Source: Trichodelitschia bisporula (lineage: Eukaryota). From it: 64,000 bases of DNA. Of this stretch, positions 60,846 to 64,000 are shown piece by piece (position 1 is the stretch's first letter; each line of letters begins with the position of its first letter). Where the stretch lies: the NCBI GenBank assembly GCA_010356995.1, contig ML996688.1, forward strand, positions 1,116,001 to 1,180,000, given 5' to 3'. The notes under the pieces are model-generated. The model was given only the letters and a program-made list of their open reading frames with translations, was not told the DNA's origin and did not search any database. The position numbers and the translations under genes were made by a program.

Positions 60846-62402
60846 TTATTTCCCATACTGAAAGTTGCCAAACACACCACCCGCCCCAGGGGTCAGATTT
60901 GCGCTCTGGTAGCCCTGTGAGGATGGGCCAGGAGTGGTAGCCAAGCCCGCGGGGTTGGTAGTTGGCGTGCTGGGACCGCCGTCGCGATGTCCGCCCGGAG
61001 TATGGCCAGTATGGTAGCCCATAGCGCTGGCCATGCCGTTCGAGGCAGCTGCGGCAGCCGCAGCAGCAGCATGACCTTGTGCGGCGGCAAGGACAGCGGC
61101 TTGAGTAGAAGATGAAGCTGGTTCACCAACACCAGTAAGGCCCCATATCTCACCGTTAAGTTCCCCCGGAAACTGGCCATCGAACACACGGCCTCGCATC
61201 TGAAAGAAGACGGACCCAGACATGTGTGCGTCAGATGCCGTACCGTTTGTGACCCCGATGCGCTGACACCCGAGTTCCTCTGCCATATCATGCAGGCCGG
61301 CCTTGTTGCCCACGTTATTCATGATGGCTGCGCCTTGTGCAGACAAGCTACCAGTCGCATTCAACCGCTGAGCCTGGCGCAGGATGAACTTAACATCCCA
61401 CAGGTTCGGGAAGAAAATGCGGACCAGCTGCTGAAACTCTTCCTCATTTGGCGGCATCATTTGGGGCCGCACCAGCTTCAGCAGATAGCCAATGTCGTAG
61501 CCCGCATGAAAGCTGATCCAGTGCACGTCGTCGTCAAGAATCAGTCCGGAATCCATGAGCAGGGCCCCAAACTTCTGTCGATCAATGCCCATTGTCTTGT
61601 GCTTCTCCATATCGGCGCCGATCTTCTTCATCAACGCGAGCAAATCGTCGTTGCACATGTCTTCATCGGTTGAAAACTGAAAATGGAACGTCCAGGTACA
61701 AGGGCAGACTGAGATATTGCTCGGCAGGCTGTTGCGCGAGAAGTTAACGCTCCGCAAGGCACTTGACGGGACCGGATCCCCCTCGATGCTGAACAGTGTT
61801 ATCCCCATCTGGATGACCTTGAGGAGGTCGACATTCGCGCGAAGAGTTTGGTAGTGATAGCTAGCTTTGGTAGGAAAGTTGCCTATGGGCCGCGCGACCA
61901 CGCCGGGAAAAGCAGTGTCCTGAAATTGATCAGCCCAAGCTCAAGCCACTGAGACTGTCAAACCCACCACGCTGATGTATGGGAATTGCAGAATCAACTC
62001 TCTCAGAATGGCAAACTCCTGATCCAGGTTGTGCGACCAGACATCTCTCGCACGAGCACTTGGTTGGGCGAGGGCATTCGCAGCAATCGTAGCGGCCTGT
62101 TGTACTTGCAGTGAGGCTCCATGTGCAAAGCTCATCTGTGCAGCATGACTGGCGAGTCCTGTACCGCCTCCACCAAGCCCACCGACTCCCCCAAACATCG
62201 GAGGACCTGCGCTTCCTGACTGAGGTGCGAATATGTTATTCGGTGTACCTGCGCCGAAGCCAGGATGTCCAGGAAGACTGTGCATTTGCAGATTTGAGTT
62301 TGGATGTTGCGGGTGTGACGCCTGGTGTAACGACTGTTGGTTTATGTGGGCGAAAGGGTTGGAGACATTTTGCGCTGGATAGCGCGACGCCTGGGGAGGC
62401 AT
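60846..62402 (-). CDS. POP2: CCR4-NOT subunit Caf1/Pop2
   Basis: DVWSHNL, ISV|DTAFPGVVARP, YQTLRANVDLLKVIQMG, LLMDSGL, WISFHAGYDIGY; one intron. Confidence 0.92.
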
Positions 62403-62964
62403 CGTGCGAATCGGTAAGGCGAACGCCTTGTAAACGAAGAGACGCCCGAAGCGCGTAGAGCAATAGCGCCTAAGATGCGAACGATATCGCTAGACTGTCG
62501 GACTAAGGATACTGTTGTATCAAACAATAGTGAGGATGGCGCGGGGATCTGCGCGACGTAAGAGATGGTGGCGGGGGGGGATGCGGTGGATCGGGTCAGC
62601 ACTCGAAAGGAGGGAAAGGAGCCTTGTCGGAAGCTGAGAGTTAAGGCGTTGATGTAAAGAGAAGTAGCTGCTGGAAGCTGCTGACGTGCTGGTGGGGGGT
62701 AAATGCGTGGAAGGTGTTTTGGTGTTGTTGCGGAGACAGTAGGAGCTTTGGCAAGCCCTGGATGCTACATGCCAAGAGACCCCGGATACACGGGTTGTTC
62801 CGACGGCTTTGGTGGCTGGCCGTCTTCAACGGAGCATCACCACTAGGCACTGCTTACTGGAGCTCCAGTCGTAAGTCTCGCAACCTTCACTCTGCTTACG
62901 CAGCACGTAAGTGTAACTTCTGCTCCACTTGCTACTTAAACTTATCCTCTTTATAGGCACCGCA

Positions 62965-63275
62965 ATGGCTCCCAACCTCACTGGATTCGACCCCAAAAAG
63001 TTCGCAGCTGCCGCAGGGCAACCAGCAAACGACCCGTGGCGGAGAGCGTAAGTGCCGATGATCCTGCTACACCTTTTGCGCATCTCTGACAGTGTAATAG
63101 GGAGGCATGGCGCTACACCGGCCCTTTTAACCGCTTCAACCGCTTCCGCCGTTCCTTCCCCGGCCTCGGAATCGGCGCTGCGGCTTTTGGCATTTACTAT
63201 GCCTATGATACCCTCGTCGCGCAAGACGATCATAGTCACGGCCATGGTGGTGAGCACAGCAGCACGGGCCATTGA
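62965..63275 (+). CDS. NADH:ubiquinone oxidoreductase B12 subunit (NDUFB3-like)
   Basis: Spliced product MAPNLTGFDPKKF...DPWRRA|EAWRYTGPFNRFNRFRRSFPGLGIG...His-rich tail; intron about 63048-63100. Missed by the ORF track. Confidence 0.9.
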
Positions 63276-64000
63276 TGACGTGCCAAGGGCATACGGCGTT
63301 TGGGTGGGCTCTTATCACGTCAAAACGTGTGTACATAGGTGACAAGGTCGTCTGGTGAAGGGAATAGATTCCGATCAAACCGAAGTTGCCTGACTGCTGC
63401 GGTGCGCACCTATGCTTCGTCTTCTCGAGCATCGAGATGTGGTCGGGGTACGGTGAGGATTGAGCGGTATGGCCTCAAGCCCCGTCGTAGCCACGAGTAT
63501 TCTACTATGAAGCCATTCTTGGTGATACGCCATATGGCATAGTTCCTCTGCCGGTGATGTGAGCCGGCTCGGTGACAACACCTCTCCTTTCACATGCCCC
63601 CATGCTTCTTGCTATAAATTTCACAGGAGACCTTAAGGTGGACATATGAAGACTCATTATTCGAGATACTATTTTTTGTAAGAAAGCGTCTACCCTTACT
63701 CTACAGGACATAATACTCTAGGCTTCATTTGTTGTCCTCACAAGTCGCAGGAGACACGCTTGGGGCTTCTGAACCCGATTTGGCTAAGCGCGACTTGGCA
63801 CACCAAGCCACTTATCAAAGCGGAGTGCGGAACGCTTCCATCTCAAACCGGTTGCCCGCTTTCAATGTGTTGAGAGCCATCTGATTCTACCACAATTCTC
63901 GGTAGTGTTCGTCGACTTGTAGCTCTGTCTACAGCTCTGCCATATCCAACCTCAACACAGCATGCCAAACTTTGCGACTCACCAACCAACGACATGTCGC

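Noticed and set aside
2206..61673. Many long opposite-strand or alternate-frame ORFs (for example 2206-2925, 19863-20729, 29012-30130, 34589-35464)
   Set aside because: They lie over well-supported genes and are expected from GC-rich codon bias.

Overview
GC-rich genomic DNA from a filamentous ascomycete (Pezizomycotina-like), with many short (about 40-55 nt) GT-AG introns carrying CTAAC/CTGAC branch sites. Four parts. (1) 1-909: 5' end of an IQGAP gene. (2) About 1.8-35.8 kb: a contiguous 16-gene cluster with no PKS, NRPS or terpene synthase. It encodes an ACAD10/11-type kinase and ACAD as separate genes, two PRISE-type enone reductases, an esterase, Zn-ADH, two EthD-like proteins, a TRI12-type MFS, ALDH, two SDRs, an acyl-CoA ligase, P450, a Baeyer-Villiger monooxygenase and a Zn2Cys6 regulator, with a dispersed 5S rRNA gene inside it. 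I infer it is catabolic, funnelling a ketone or lactone substrate into a peroxisomal 4-hydroxy/4-oxo-acid route like the bacterial lva pathway. (3) About 36-45 kb: gene-poor region with tandem repeats and two orphan ORFs. (4) About 45-63 kb: CWC2, an ABCB/MDR transporter, a TED1-like gene, a lactonase/SSADH/SDR trio resembling Agrobacterium blcABC, a POP2/CAF1 with an apparently degenerate active site, and the complex I B12 subunit. All calls come from motifs read by eye; no database searches were run. CDS coordinates span introns.
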